The notes under the pieces are model-generated. The model did not search any database and was not told where the DNA came from. It saw only the letters and a program-made list of their open reading frames with translations. DNA of 64,000 bases from a virus: IMG/VR virus record IMGVR_UViG_3300042311_000577, positions 1-64,000 of that record. One strand, given 5' to 3'. Position 1 is the first letter of the stretch, and each line of letters opens with the position of its first letter. The position numbers and the translations under genes are program-made. Shown here piece after piece: positions 25,766-34,020 of the stretch.

Positions 25766-27142
25766 ATGAAAAATTATTTGTTTTTTGAAATTGAAGCTAC
25801 TGCCTCAGAAGTTATTATGAAAGTTGATACAACTTTTGGTACTGAAGATAACAATCAATCTGGTTTTGTAATTTCAAATGATAACTATGTCCCTACTAAA
25901 GGAGACAAATTGTATTTTCTACCTGGAGTAAATATTCCCCGGGTAAAAATGAAGGATTTAACTATGGAACATGGTATTAAATCTGTCAGAAACATAGATG
26001 ATGCAACACACATATTTGCTGGTAGAAGTACCACACACAAAATAACAAGTAATAATTGGTATTACAGAATGTCAACTGATCATTTTAAACAGATGTTTGA
26101 GATAGTAAAACAGTTTATGGATGATTATTATATTCAAAATGTGGAGACAGCACTAGAATTTTATCAAGAAGAGTGTGTGTATATGGATTATAGTTCTTCT
26201 AGTGAAATTAGAAATGAATATCCATTTCTTGAAGCAAGAAAGATTGAAGGTCTTGTAGCATCTATCAATAACTCTAGGACATTCTATGCAGTTGATGATA
26301 CTTATAGGGATTATTTTCCTGCAGTTACTACTCTTACAATTTATGATGAGGCTGAATTATTAAAGTATATTAATGGTCCTGATGCAGTTATCATAGATTC
26401 AGTAATGTTTGAGCAGTTATCTGACATGTTTAAGAGCTCAGATAATGATAATCATATTCTAGCAATGGAGATAATGGCTAATTCTAACTATATAGATAGC
26501 TTACTCTACCTAGAAATGTTATTTAAAGAATATTCTGGTGAAATGAACAGTTGTCATACTAAAAAGCATGTTAATTTTAAGTCTTTACTAGGATATCTAA
26601 ATAAAGATAGTTACATGAGTACAAACATAGATGACATAATGAAATCTCTAATTGACAAGGGTGTTCTTGATACAGAGAAAATAAACATCATTATGGAAAA
26701 ATATGGTGATCAGATTGGGAAACATGGTGACTCTACTTTCTTTAAAGTAAAAACCGTGACAGTTAATCCAGAAACACTGGCTTTGTTGAATGCAAACTAT
26801 GTATATAACAAACTAGAAGACTTTGTACCAGAGGGTCAAGTTGAAGAAGAGGTTATTGAATTACATGCTAATTTAGAGGACCTAAATTCAATACCAGGGG
26901 TTGCGGGGGTGGCTGATGACATTATGGATGATGTTGTAAGTCTAGAATTCTCTGATGGAGACATAGCAACTGCATTTGGTAGAATTGATAGAAATGAACT
27001 TAAGTCAGAGTTAATAGAATTAGAACAGTCAGAAAATGTTTCCGAATCTGAAACAAATAAAACTCTAGAGGACCCTGAAGAAGAATTAAATAACAATCAA
27101 ACAGAAGAGACAAATGACACAGATGACTTTGAATGGTTCTGA
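25766..27142 (+). CDS. hypothetical protein with BRCT-like segment and acidic tail
   Basis: KLYFLPG..IPRVKMKDL..EHGIKSVRNIDDATHIF resembles BRCT; tail ends DDFEWF. Confidence 0.7.
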   Translation: MKNYLFFEIEATASEVIMKVDTTFGTEDNNQSGFVISNDNYVPTKGDKLYFLPGVNIPRVKMKDLTMEHGIKSVRNIDDATHIFAGRSTTHKITSNNWYYRMSTDHFKQMFEIVKQFMDDYYIQNVETALEFYQEECVYMDYSSSSEIRNEYPFLEARKIEGLVASINNSRTFYAVDDTYRDYFPAVTTLTIYDEAELLKYINGPDAVIIDSVMFEQLSDMFKSSDNDNHILAMEIMANSNYIDSLLYLEMLFKEYSGEMNSCHTKKHVNFKSLLGYLNKDSYMSTNIDDIMKSLIDKGVLDTEKINIIMEKYGDQIGKHGDSTFFKVKTVTVNPETLALLNANYVYNKLEDFVPEGQVEEEVIELHANLEDLNSIPGVAGVADDIMDDVVSLEFSDGDIATAFGRIDRNELKSELIELEQSENVSESETNKTLEDPEEELNNNQTEETNDTDDFEWF

Positions 27143-28133
27143 TGAACTAGAGAGATTTTACAAAAAGAAGTTTTACTTCAGTTACAGTGGGTTGAATAAG
27201 TTACTTTATTCACCTGCTGCTTTTTACAATCATTATGTGCTCAACCAGCGGGAAGACAGTAAGGATGCTCACCTTGTAGGAGGGAGCGTCCTACACTGTC
27301 TCTTGTTTGAACCAGATGCATATAATGACAAGTTTATAACCATGCCGGGTAAATTTCCTACAGATAGCCAAAGAAAAATTATTGATAATATTTTTAGAAT
27401 TCACTGTAGTATTGGAAATAATTCATTACTTTTGGAAGACTACTCACCAGATATACTCACACAACTACTTACAGCAAATCTTTATCAGGCACTTAAAACA
27501 GATGCTCAAAGATTGGAAAAGATTCTCACTGAAGAGAACAAGGAGTATTTTGAATTCCTCAAAGCAAGTTTAGACAAAACAGTGGTAGATCAACCTACTT
27601 TGGATGGCTGCAAAGCACAGGTAGAGATACTAAAAAGTAACAAAGACATCAGAGCTTTATTACAGCTAGACAAAACTGAGGAAGATGATCACATTGAAGT
27701 GTTTAATGAGTTGTACATTAAAATGGATCATGACAGATTACCTTTTGGCCTTCATGGGTTTCTTGACAATGTAGTTATTGATAAAAGTAGTAAAACAATC
27801 TTTGTCAATGACTTAAAGACAACTGGTAAGTCTATTCAGGATTTTCCTGAAGCTGTGGAATACTACAAATATTGGATACAAGCTGTTATATATTTTGTAC
27901 TAGCTGCAGAAAAGTTCTTGAAAGATGAGCCAGACAGACACCAATGGAGAGTACAAGTTACTTTTATTGTAATTGATAAATATAATTTAGTGTATCCATT
28001 TCAAGTGTCACAAGAATCTATGTCACAATGGAGAAAAGATTTTAGAGATATTCTTAATATTGCTAGTTGGCATTATGAGAATAAGAACTTTAGTCTACCA
28101 TATGACCTAGCAGTTGGTAACATAAAATTGTAG
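27114..28133 (+). CDS. PD-(D/E)xK exonuclease (RecE/Cas4-like)
   Basis: FSYSGL, GSVLHCLL, HGFLDNV..VNDLKTT, YWIQAVIY. Confidence 0.8.
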   Translation: MTQMTLNGSDELERFYKKKFYFSYSGLNKLLYSPAAFYNHYVLNQREDSKDAHLVGGSVLHCLLFEPDAYNDKFITMPGKFPTDSQRKIIDNIFRIHCSIGNNSLLLEDYSPDILTQLLTANLYQALKTDAQRLEKILTEENKEYFEFLKASLDKTVVDQPTLDGCKAQVEILKSNKDIRALLQLDKTEEDDHIEVFNELYIKMDHDRLPFGLHGFLDNVVIDKSSKTIFVNDLKTTGKSIQDFPEAVEYYKYWIQAVIYFVLAAEKFLKDEPDRHQWRVQVTFIVIDKYNLVYPFQVSQESMSQWRKDFRDILNIASWHYENKNFSLPYDLAVGNIKL

Positions 28134-28138
28134 AACTT

Positions 28139-28705
28139 ATGGTAATTGATGCGCTTTATAAGAAGTACTTTCAGAAGTCCAAGATATTTTTATATCCGCT
28201 CTTGGGCATTAAAAGAGGAACAAGTGTAATTCCAAGAGAGACTTATTTGTCTTGGAATGAAAAAGTTAACTCTGAGGATATGAAACTAGTATGTATTTAT
28301 ACACCTAGAACAGATTTAGAATATTTACAATTTGAAAAAAATGTTCTTCTCCAACATAATAGATTGGTAGATTTTGTAAAGGTGGATGATGAAAATCTAG
28401 TTGTAGTATTTAATTTTTCTGATTTAGAGGATGATTGGATGAATTTTATAAATGGAAAATACAGTAAAATTAATATTAAAACAAAGCGCAAAATTTTAGA
28501 ATTTTTTGATAAGAGAAGTGGCAACTATGCCTATGTAGAGAGTTATTTGTTTCCTGAAAAACATTTTGAAACATATGCAAGAATTCTTCAAGTAGACATT
28601 GATATGCTCCAATCTGTTGGTGAATTATGTGATAAACCAGACTTAAATAAAGAAATGTTAGTTATTGAGGTTGCAGATTTGGAAAACATTAAAATTATTA
28701 AATAA
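28139..28705 (+). CDS. hypothetical protein
   Basis: 188-aa ORF. Confidence 0.75.
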   Translation: MVIDALYKKYFQKSKIFLYPLLGIKRGTSVIPRETYLSWNEKVNSEDMKLVCIYTPRTDLEYLQFEKNVLLQHNRLVDFVKVDDENLVVVFNFSDLEDDWMNFINGKYSKINIKTKRKILEFFDKRSGNYAYVESYLFPEKHFETYARILQVDIDMLQSVGELCDKPDLNKEMLVIEVADLENIKIIK

Positions 28706-28710
28706 CTTTG
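28678..28710 (+). promoter_or_regulatory. Bacteroidota housekeeping-sigma-type promoter (-33/-7)
   Basis: TTTG(28678-28681)-N21-TAACTTTG(28703-28710) fits TTTG-N19-21-TAnnTTTG; 21 nt separate it from ATG 28732. Confidence 0.55.
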
Positions 28711-28731
28711 TCAAATTAAAACCAACAAAAA

Positions 28732-29091
28732 ATGAGTGAAAAATCAATGATGCTTGTTGAAGCCACATGGCAAGACAAGAAAACTTTTAGATTGATTCCT
28801 GTAGTAGAATCATGTCCCTATGTAGAATGTATTTTTGATCCGGAGACTAAAGTCTTTGTGGTGATTTCAAAAATTAGAAAAACTTCTTTACACATGTTAC
28901 CTAAGCTTGATGATTATGGTCAACCTATTGCAGGAGCCAAAGGTATGAAGCAAGAGAGACATAAAATAGAAGTGTTTCAAGAATTCTATGTAGAAGATGC
29001 TACTGCAATTGAAGAATTAATCAAACTTGTAAGTGTTAATCCAAAGTTTGATTACAAGAAGTTTATGATCCCAGCTGCAACTGAGGCATAA
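28732..29091 (+). CDS. hypothetical protein
   Basis: 119-aa ORF with candidate promoter and terminator. Confidence 0.75.
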   Translation: MSEKSMMLVEATWQDKKTFRLIPVVESCPYVECIFDPETKVFVVISKIRKTSLHMLPKLDDYGQPIAGAKGMKQERHKIEVFQEFYVEDATAIEELIKLVSVNPKFDYKKFMIPAATEA

Positions 29092-29109
29092 ATGATTGGA
29101 GCCTGAATG

Positions 29110-29144
29110 AAAAGAGGGTGGGTACCAAGCACCCTCTTTTTTTT
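29110..29144 (+). terminator. intrinsic terminator
   Basis: AAAAGAGGGTG-N9-CACCCTCTTTT plus T-run. Confidence 0.8.
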
Positions 29145-29186
29145 ATTAACTTAAACGGGGGAACAGCTTAACTGAACACAATTATT

Positions 29187-29417
29187 ATGGGAGATATGCC
29201 ATATGGACAATGTAAATATTGTCACCAAATAGGTCCATTAAGAATTACCTATTTCAGCTTTCCAATTAAATGTGAGTGTTGTAGTTCAAATCATTCAGAA
29301 AGGATTGAACACTGCAGTGAATGTGAAGCTAAAATGCCTACTGAAACAAAAGTATGGCTCAACACTAAAAAATTACAAGATCCTATTCACGAAGGTTTAT
29401 TTACAGCACTACCATGA
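29187..29417 (+). CDS. small Cys-rich (Zn-binding) protein
   Basis: CKYC, CECC, HCSEC. Confidence 0.65.
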   Translation: MGDMPYGQCKYCHQIGPLRITYFSFPIKCECCSSNHSERIEHCSECEAKMPTETKVWLNTKKLQDPIHEGLFTALP

Positions 29418-31312
29418 GAACACATTGGGTAATGGACTATGAAACTCTTAGTAATTGTTTCATAGGAGTATTTGAAGACATAAAATCTGAAGAACAGAGA
29501 ATATTTGTCTGTCACAAATCAAGAAATGATATAGAAGACTTGGTCTTATTTCTAAAGAGTAATTCACTTAACAATGAATGGCATGTTAGTTTTAATGGTC
29601 TGAGCTTTGACAGTCAGATTACTGAACATATCATCCGGAATAGTGAAACACTGATGATGCATGACGGGGAGACTGTTGCAAAGTTTTTATATAATAGAGC
29701 ACAAGAAACTATTAATAGACAAAGTAATGGAGAATTTGCAGAGTTTTCTGCCCGGGATATGCATATAAACCAGGTAGATGTATTCAAGCTTAACCATTGG
29801 GATAATCCAGCTAAGAGAAGTTCATTAAAGTGGATTCAGTATACTATGGACTGGAAGAACATAATTGATATGCCCATCCATCACTCTACTGAGATAACTC
29901 AAGAACAGATTCCAGATATTATTAAATATTGTATTAATGATGTCAAGTCTACTAAAGCAATTATGTTTCTTAGTAAAGAACAGATTGAACTTAGAAGAAA
30001 ATTGACTGAAGAATATAGTATTAATTTATTCTCAGCTTCTGAGCCAAGAATTGCAAAAGAATTATTTCTACATTTCTTGAGTAAAAAGTCGGGAATTAAA
30101 AAATATGATTTGAGAAATATGAGAACTCATAGAAATCAGATCATATTTAAGGATATCATTCTTCCTTATATTAGTTTTGAGACAGCTACATTTCAAAGAC
30201 TTTTAGCAAAATTTCAAGAAGTAGTTCTCTATCCTGGAGAAACTAAAGGTAGTTTTAAGTATTCTGTACAATACAAAGGAGTAAAGACTGATTACGGTCT
30301 TGGTGGTATGCATGGTGCTAGAGCTAGTAAAGTATACAACTCTAATGCTGATATGGTTATCATGACTTCAGATGTTGTTAGTTATTATCCTAATCTAGCT
30401 ATTAGAAATGGTTGGGCTCCGGCACATTTACCTAAAGTAGAATTCTGTGAACAGTATGAATGGTTCTTTGATGAAAGAAGAATAATACCTAAGAGTGATC
30501 CAAGAAACTATGTCTATAAGATTATTCTAAACTCAACCTATGGGTTAAGTAATGATGAGAATAGTTTCCTATATGACCCGCAGTTTACAATGAGTATTAC
30601 TATTAATGGTCAGCTAAGTTTGACTATGTTGTATGAGATGATTTGTGAAGGTATACCAGGTGCAATACCATTAATGCAAAACACAGATGGTCTTGAGACT
30701 ATGATTCCTAGAGAATATGTAGACAAATACATGGAGATTTGTAAAATATGGGAGAAGATGACTAGTCTTGAGTTGGAACACAACACTTATTCTAAACTTG
30801 TACTAGGTGATGTAAATAATTATATTGCTGTGGACGAGAAAGGTAAGTCTAAATGTAAAGGTAGATTTGAATATGATAATCTAGCTCTTCATAAAAACAA
30901 AAGTTTCTTGATTATTCCTAAAGCAGTACATGCATACTTTGTAGAGGGAAAAGATCCGGAAGAGTTTATTAAATCTCACACAAATATATTTGATTTTTGT
31001 GGTGGTGTTAAGATTAAAGGTGATTGGAGATTTGAAGAACGCTTATTGGAAGATGGAGTATATAAAGAAAAACCTTTACAGCATACTATTAGATACTATG
31101 TATCCAAGACAGGTAGTAAAATTATGAAGAGGAATAATTCAGATGGTAGAGATATACAAGTAGAAGCCGGTAAGTGGCTCCAGACATTGTATATTGACCA
31201 TGAAGAAAAGCCAATTTCTGATTATAATATTAATTATGATTACTATGTAAATAAAGTAAGGAAAGAGATAGAATCTCTTGACCCTAGTACAAATCAATTA
31301 AGTTTATTTTAA
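29414..31312 (+). CDS. family B DNA polymerase with 3'-5' exonuclease
   Basis: Exo DYET, FNGLSFD, YCINDV; motif A SDVVSYYPN; motif B KIILNSTYG; motif C NTDG. Confidence 0.92.
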   Translation: MRTHWVMDYETLSNCFIGVFEDIKSEEQRIFVCHKSRNDIEDLVLFLKSNSLNNEWHVSFNGLSFDSQITEHIIRNSETLMMHDGETVAKFLYNRAQETINRQSNGEFAEFSARDMHINQVDVFKLNHWDNPAKRSSLKWIQYTMDWKNIIDMPIHHSTEITQEQIPDIIKYCINDVKSTKAIMFLSKEQIELRRKLTEEYSINLFSASEPRIAKELFLHFLSKKSGIKKYDLRNMRTHRNQIIFKDIILPYISFETATFQRLLAKFQEVVLYPGETKGSFKYSVQYKGVKTDYGLGGMHGARASKVYNSNADMVIMTSDVVSYYPNLAIRNGWAPAHLPKVEFCEQYEWFFDERRIIPKSDPRNYVYKIILNSTYGLSNDENSFLYDPQFTMSITINGQLSLTMLYEMICEGIPGAIPLMQNTDGLETMIPREYVDKYMEICKIWEKMTSLELEHNTYSKLVLGDVNNYIAVDEKGKSKCKGRFEYDNLALHKNKSFLIIPKAVHAYFVEGKDPEEFIKSHTNIFDFCGGVKIKGDWRFEERLLEDGVYKEKPLQHTIRYYVSKTGSKIMKRNNSDGRDIQVEAGKWLQTLYIDHEEKPISDYNINYDYYVNKVRKEIESLDPSTNQLSLF

Positions 31313-31313
31313 T

Positions 31314-32624
31314 ATGCCAAAGAAAATACAGAACACAACAAAAGCAAACTTAATAAGTGTAGCACTACCAACACATGGTGCCACTTATACTGTGATCACT
31401 CACCAGTTTGTAATTGATTATGCTTATCAAGCCCTTGCTAATGCAGGGTTTGGTATTGTAGATGAGGAGTACAGATGTACTGCTGACGGACAAATTGCTC
31501 AGGGAATTTATAAGTTAAATTTTAATAATGACCCGGAGTTGTCTATGATGTTTGCCTGGACAAACAGTTATAATAAACAAGTAAAGTTTAAATGTGTAGT
31601 TGGTGCTTACATAAATCAAACAGGATCTGTAATGATTTCTGGAGAAGTTGGTTCATGGGTTAGAAAGCACACTGGTTCTGCAGATACTGAAACAAAAGAT
31701 ACAATTGATTCTTACATTGCAAATGCTCATATGTATTATACTCAATTGTGTTCTGACAAAGCTACTATGGAAACTGTTATGCTTAATAAAAGAAAACAGT
31801 CTCAGTTACTAGGAGTATTGTTTGCAGAGTATGAGATTCTTACTACTGAGCAAGCTAGTATGATTAGAGATCAGATGAAAAGACCACAACATGTATTTGC
31901 AAGTAGTGATAGTTTATGGGCATTCTATAACTATGTGACTAATGCATTGCAGTTATCTCATCCAAAAACTTGGATGGAAGACCAAAGAATTCTTCATTAT
32001 TTTATCTCTACTATCGGAAACTTTCAGCAGTGCAGTACACCTGCACAGGTAGTTCAACCTATTAACACTGTTAGTGCACCTGTAGAAGATCCATTAGTAT
32101 CTAATTATGGAGAACCTGAGAACCAAACAAATCTTCTTGTACAGATTGCTGAAGAAACAGGTGATGATTCTGTATTGCAAGCCCAATATCCTCTTACACC
32201 AAATGATGCATTTCAACCGGTGCAAGAAGAGGTAGAAAATGAAGAGGTTTTGCACCAGTCTGAAGAAGTAGTTGAAGATGTTGTTGAAGACATAGAAGTT
32301 CCATTTGATATTGATGAGGATGATGATGCTGTGTTAGATTCATTACTAGTTCCAATAGAAAAACCGGATACACATGAAGATGTTATGGAAATTAGTCCCG
32401 AAAATTCTGAGGACATTTTTCCCCAAGATGAAACTGTAGTTTATACAGATCCTATTGGTAATGTATTTCAGGCTCCTGTTGTAATTGATACAATTGAACT
32501 TAATGAAAATACTAAAATGGCAGTAGTTATTGAAGAAAATTCAAACAATTCATTTGATGATGATTTTGATTTGAATTTTGATGAAAATGAATCTGAAGAT
32601 AATAATATTTCAGATTTCTTTTGA
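31314..32624 (+). CDS. DUF932-like domain with long acidic tail
   Basis: N-terminal domain (NSYNK, RKHTG, SLWAFYNYVT) resembles DUF932-type phage proteins; about 200-aa D/E-rich tail. Confidence 0.6.
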   Translation: MPKKIQNTTKANLISVALPTHGATYTVITHQFVIDYAYQALANAGFGIVDEEYRCTADGQIAQGIYKLNFNNDPELSMMFAWTNSYNKQVKFKCVVGAYINQTGSVMISGEVGSWVRKHTGSADTETKDTIDSYIANAHMYYTQLCSDKATMETVMLNKRKQSQLLGVLFAEYEILTTEQASMIRDQMKRPQHVFASSDSLWAFYNYVTNALQLSHPKTWMEDQRILHYFISTIGNFQQCSTPAQVVQPINTVSAPVEDPLVSNYGEPENQTNLLVQIAEETGDDSVLQAQYPLTPNDAFQPVQEEVENEEVLHQSEEVVEDVVEDIEVPFDIDEDDDAVLDSLLVPIEKPDTHEDVMEISPENSEDIFPQDETVVYTDPIGNVFQAPVVIDTIELNENTKMAVVIEENSNNSFDDDFDLNFDENESEDNNISDFF

Positions 32625-32660
32625 TATCCTTAGCATAATAAGGATTATTGGTTAACAATT

Positions 32661-32695
32661 AAGGGGGTAGCTTTCAGCTATCCCCTTTTTTTTTT
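32661..32695 (+). terminator. intrinsic terminator
   Basis: AAGGGGGTAGCT-TTC-AGCTATCCCCTT plus long T-run. Confidence 0.8.
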
Positions 32696-32705
32696 AAATT
32701 TGAAT

Positions 32706-33113
32706 ATGGAAAAACAATTAAAAGCAGTGGCAGAGTTCCACAAAGCATTTGGTCAAAAAGATGGTAAATGGCCACAATTATTATCTAATGCAGAGTATGA
32801 TTTAAGACATACCCTAATGAAAGAAGAGAATGATGAATACCTTGAAGCATGTTATAATAAATCTTTAGTGGAGATTGCTGATGCTCTAGGTGATCAGTTG
32901 TATATTCTATGTGGTACTATTCTTAAACATGGTATGCAACATATTATAGAAGATGTATTCAATGAAATACAATCTAGTAATATGAGTAAGTTAGGTGATG
33001 ATGGTAAACCTCTACTTAGAGAAGATGGAAAGATTCTTAAAGGGCCCGGATATTACCGTCCAGACATTAGTAAGTTTATTAAAGTTGACACAGATGCATC
33101 CAGTGACATTTAG
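32706..33113 (+). CDS. MazG-like (all-alpha) nucleoside triphosphate pyrophosphohydrolase
   Basis: V.EFHKAF, EENDEY, EIADALGDQLY, SNMSKL, REDGKILKGPGY. Confidence 0.85.
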   Translation: MEKQLKAVAEFHKAFGQKDGKWPQLLSNAEYDLRHTLMKEENDEYLEACYNKSLVEIADALGDQLYILCGTILKHGMQHIIEDVFNEIQSSNMSKLGDDGKPLLREDGKILKGPGYYRPDISKFIKVDTDASSDI

Positions 33114-33279
33114 AAAGAAAATGATTGAAGCTTACATGGCCGGGGCTGAAGCTATGGCAAGTGGAGATATTGATGAACCAAATAAAAAAGATGCCAGAGA
33201 CTGGTATGATAATGAGTATGGTGTATTAGACACTGATGAGGTTTGTGACTGCTGTGAAGATGAAGATGGAGACTCTTAA
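33094..33279 (+). CDS. hypothetical protein
   Basis: ATG at 33094 (MHPVTF) within the track ORF. Confidence 0.55.
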   Translation: MHPVTFRKKMIEAYMAGAEAMASGDIDEPNKKDARDWYDNEYGVLDTDEVCDCCEDEDGDS

Positions 33280-33517
33280 GTGCTTTCAATGTGGTGTAGA
33301 TAAACCACTAGAAAAATATAAAGATAACACTAGAAAATATCAGATAAAAAACTACAAGGGTAAATGCATGGTTTGTAAAGCATGCTCTTTTCACAATGCA
33401 CTAGATAAACTATCTGCAGTAAGATTTGATTTTGAAGAGAATAAGTTTAAGGTAATAAACTTTAATAACAAGTATGAAGTCTTAGACTTCTTTGACAATG
33501 AAGGAGGTGAATTATGA
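33266..33517 (+). CDS. Zn-finger-like hypothetical protein
   Basis: CFQC...CMVCKAC. Confidence 0.6.
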   Translation: METLKCFQCGVDKPLEKYKDNTRKYQIKNYKGKCMVCKACSFHNALDKLSAVRFDFEENKFKVINFNNKYEVLDFFDNEGGEL

Positions 33518-33855
33518 TGTGGTATGTACTTGAAAATCAACATTGGAAAGATTCATTTGCAGAACAAGTAATAAAAAGAGGTTGGGGAAATGGGTATGTT
33601 GCAGTACCACCTAGCCATTGTCTATATGGAAAGGGTGAAAATTCTTATAGCATCAGTAGCAAAATAAAGGTTCATGGTGGATTAACTTATTCTCAACATG
33701 GAGATGGAGACTATGCACCAAAAGACTGGTGGGTATTTGGATTTGATACTTCTCATTTTGGAGACAACTTACAAAGATGGTCAAAAGAAGATGTAGAAGA
33801 AGAAACAAAGGAACTGTTTATACAGTTGTTAGAAGTAGAATGGGGAGAGCTATAA
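33514..33855 (+). CDS. conserved hypothetical phage protein
   Basis: GWGNGYV..P..H, VHGGLTY, WVFGFDTSH. Confidence 0.75.
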   Translation: MMWYVLENQHWKDSFAEQVIKRGWGNGYVAVPPSHCLYGKGENSYSISSKIKVHGGLTYSQHGDGDYAPKDWWVFGFDTSHFGDNLQRWSKEDVEEETKELFIQLLEVEWGEL

Positions 33856-33874
33856 TGGCTCTCCCCTTTTTTTT
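33842..33874. terminator. terminator at the convergence of the two genome arms
   Basis: GGGGAGAGC-TATAATG-GCTCTCCCC plus T8, between convergent stops at 33855 and 33875. Confidence 0.8.
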
Positions 33875-34012
33875 CTATCTCCCTTGTGCTCTGTAACCTT
33901 TTTTGTAATTCCTTGACTTCTTAGATTTAGAAGTTTTGGTTTTAGCATGTATACCAGGTCTAGAAACCTTTGGTTTAATGTATGCTTTTACTGTTGTTGT
34001 TGCCTTTGCCAT
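33875..34012 (-). CDS. small very basic protein (45 aa, not in the ORF track)
   Basis: MAKATTTVKAYIKPKVSRPGIHAKTKTSKSKKSRNYKKGYRAQGR; fills the gap after the 2020-aa gene. Confidence 0.75.
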   Translation of the reverse strand: MAKATTTVKAYIKPKVSRPGIHAKTKTSKSKKSRNYKKGYRAQGR

Positions 34013-34020
34013 ATTATTTA

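Noticed and set aside
29414-31312. Intein or intron in the DNA polymerase (also considered for DnaB)
   Set aside because: Both ORFs are continuous and compact, with no intein splice motifs or homing-endonuclease insert visible
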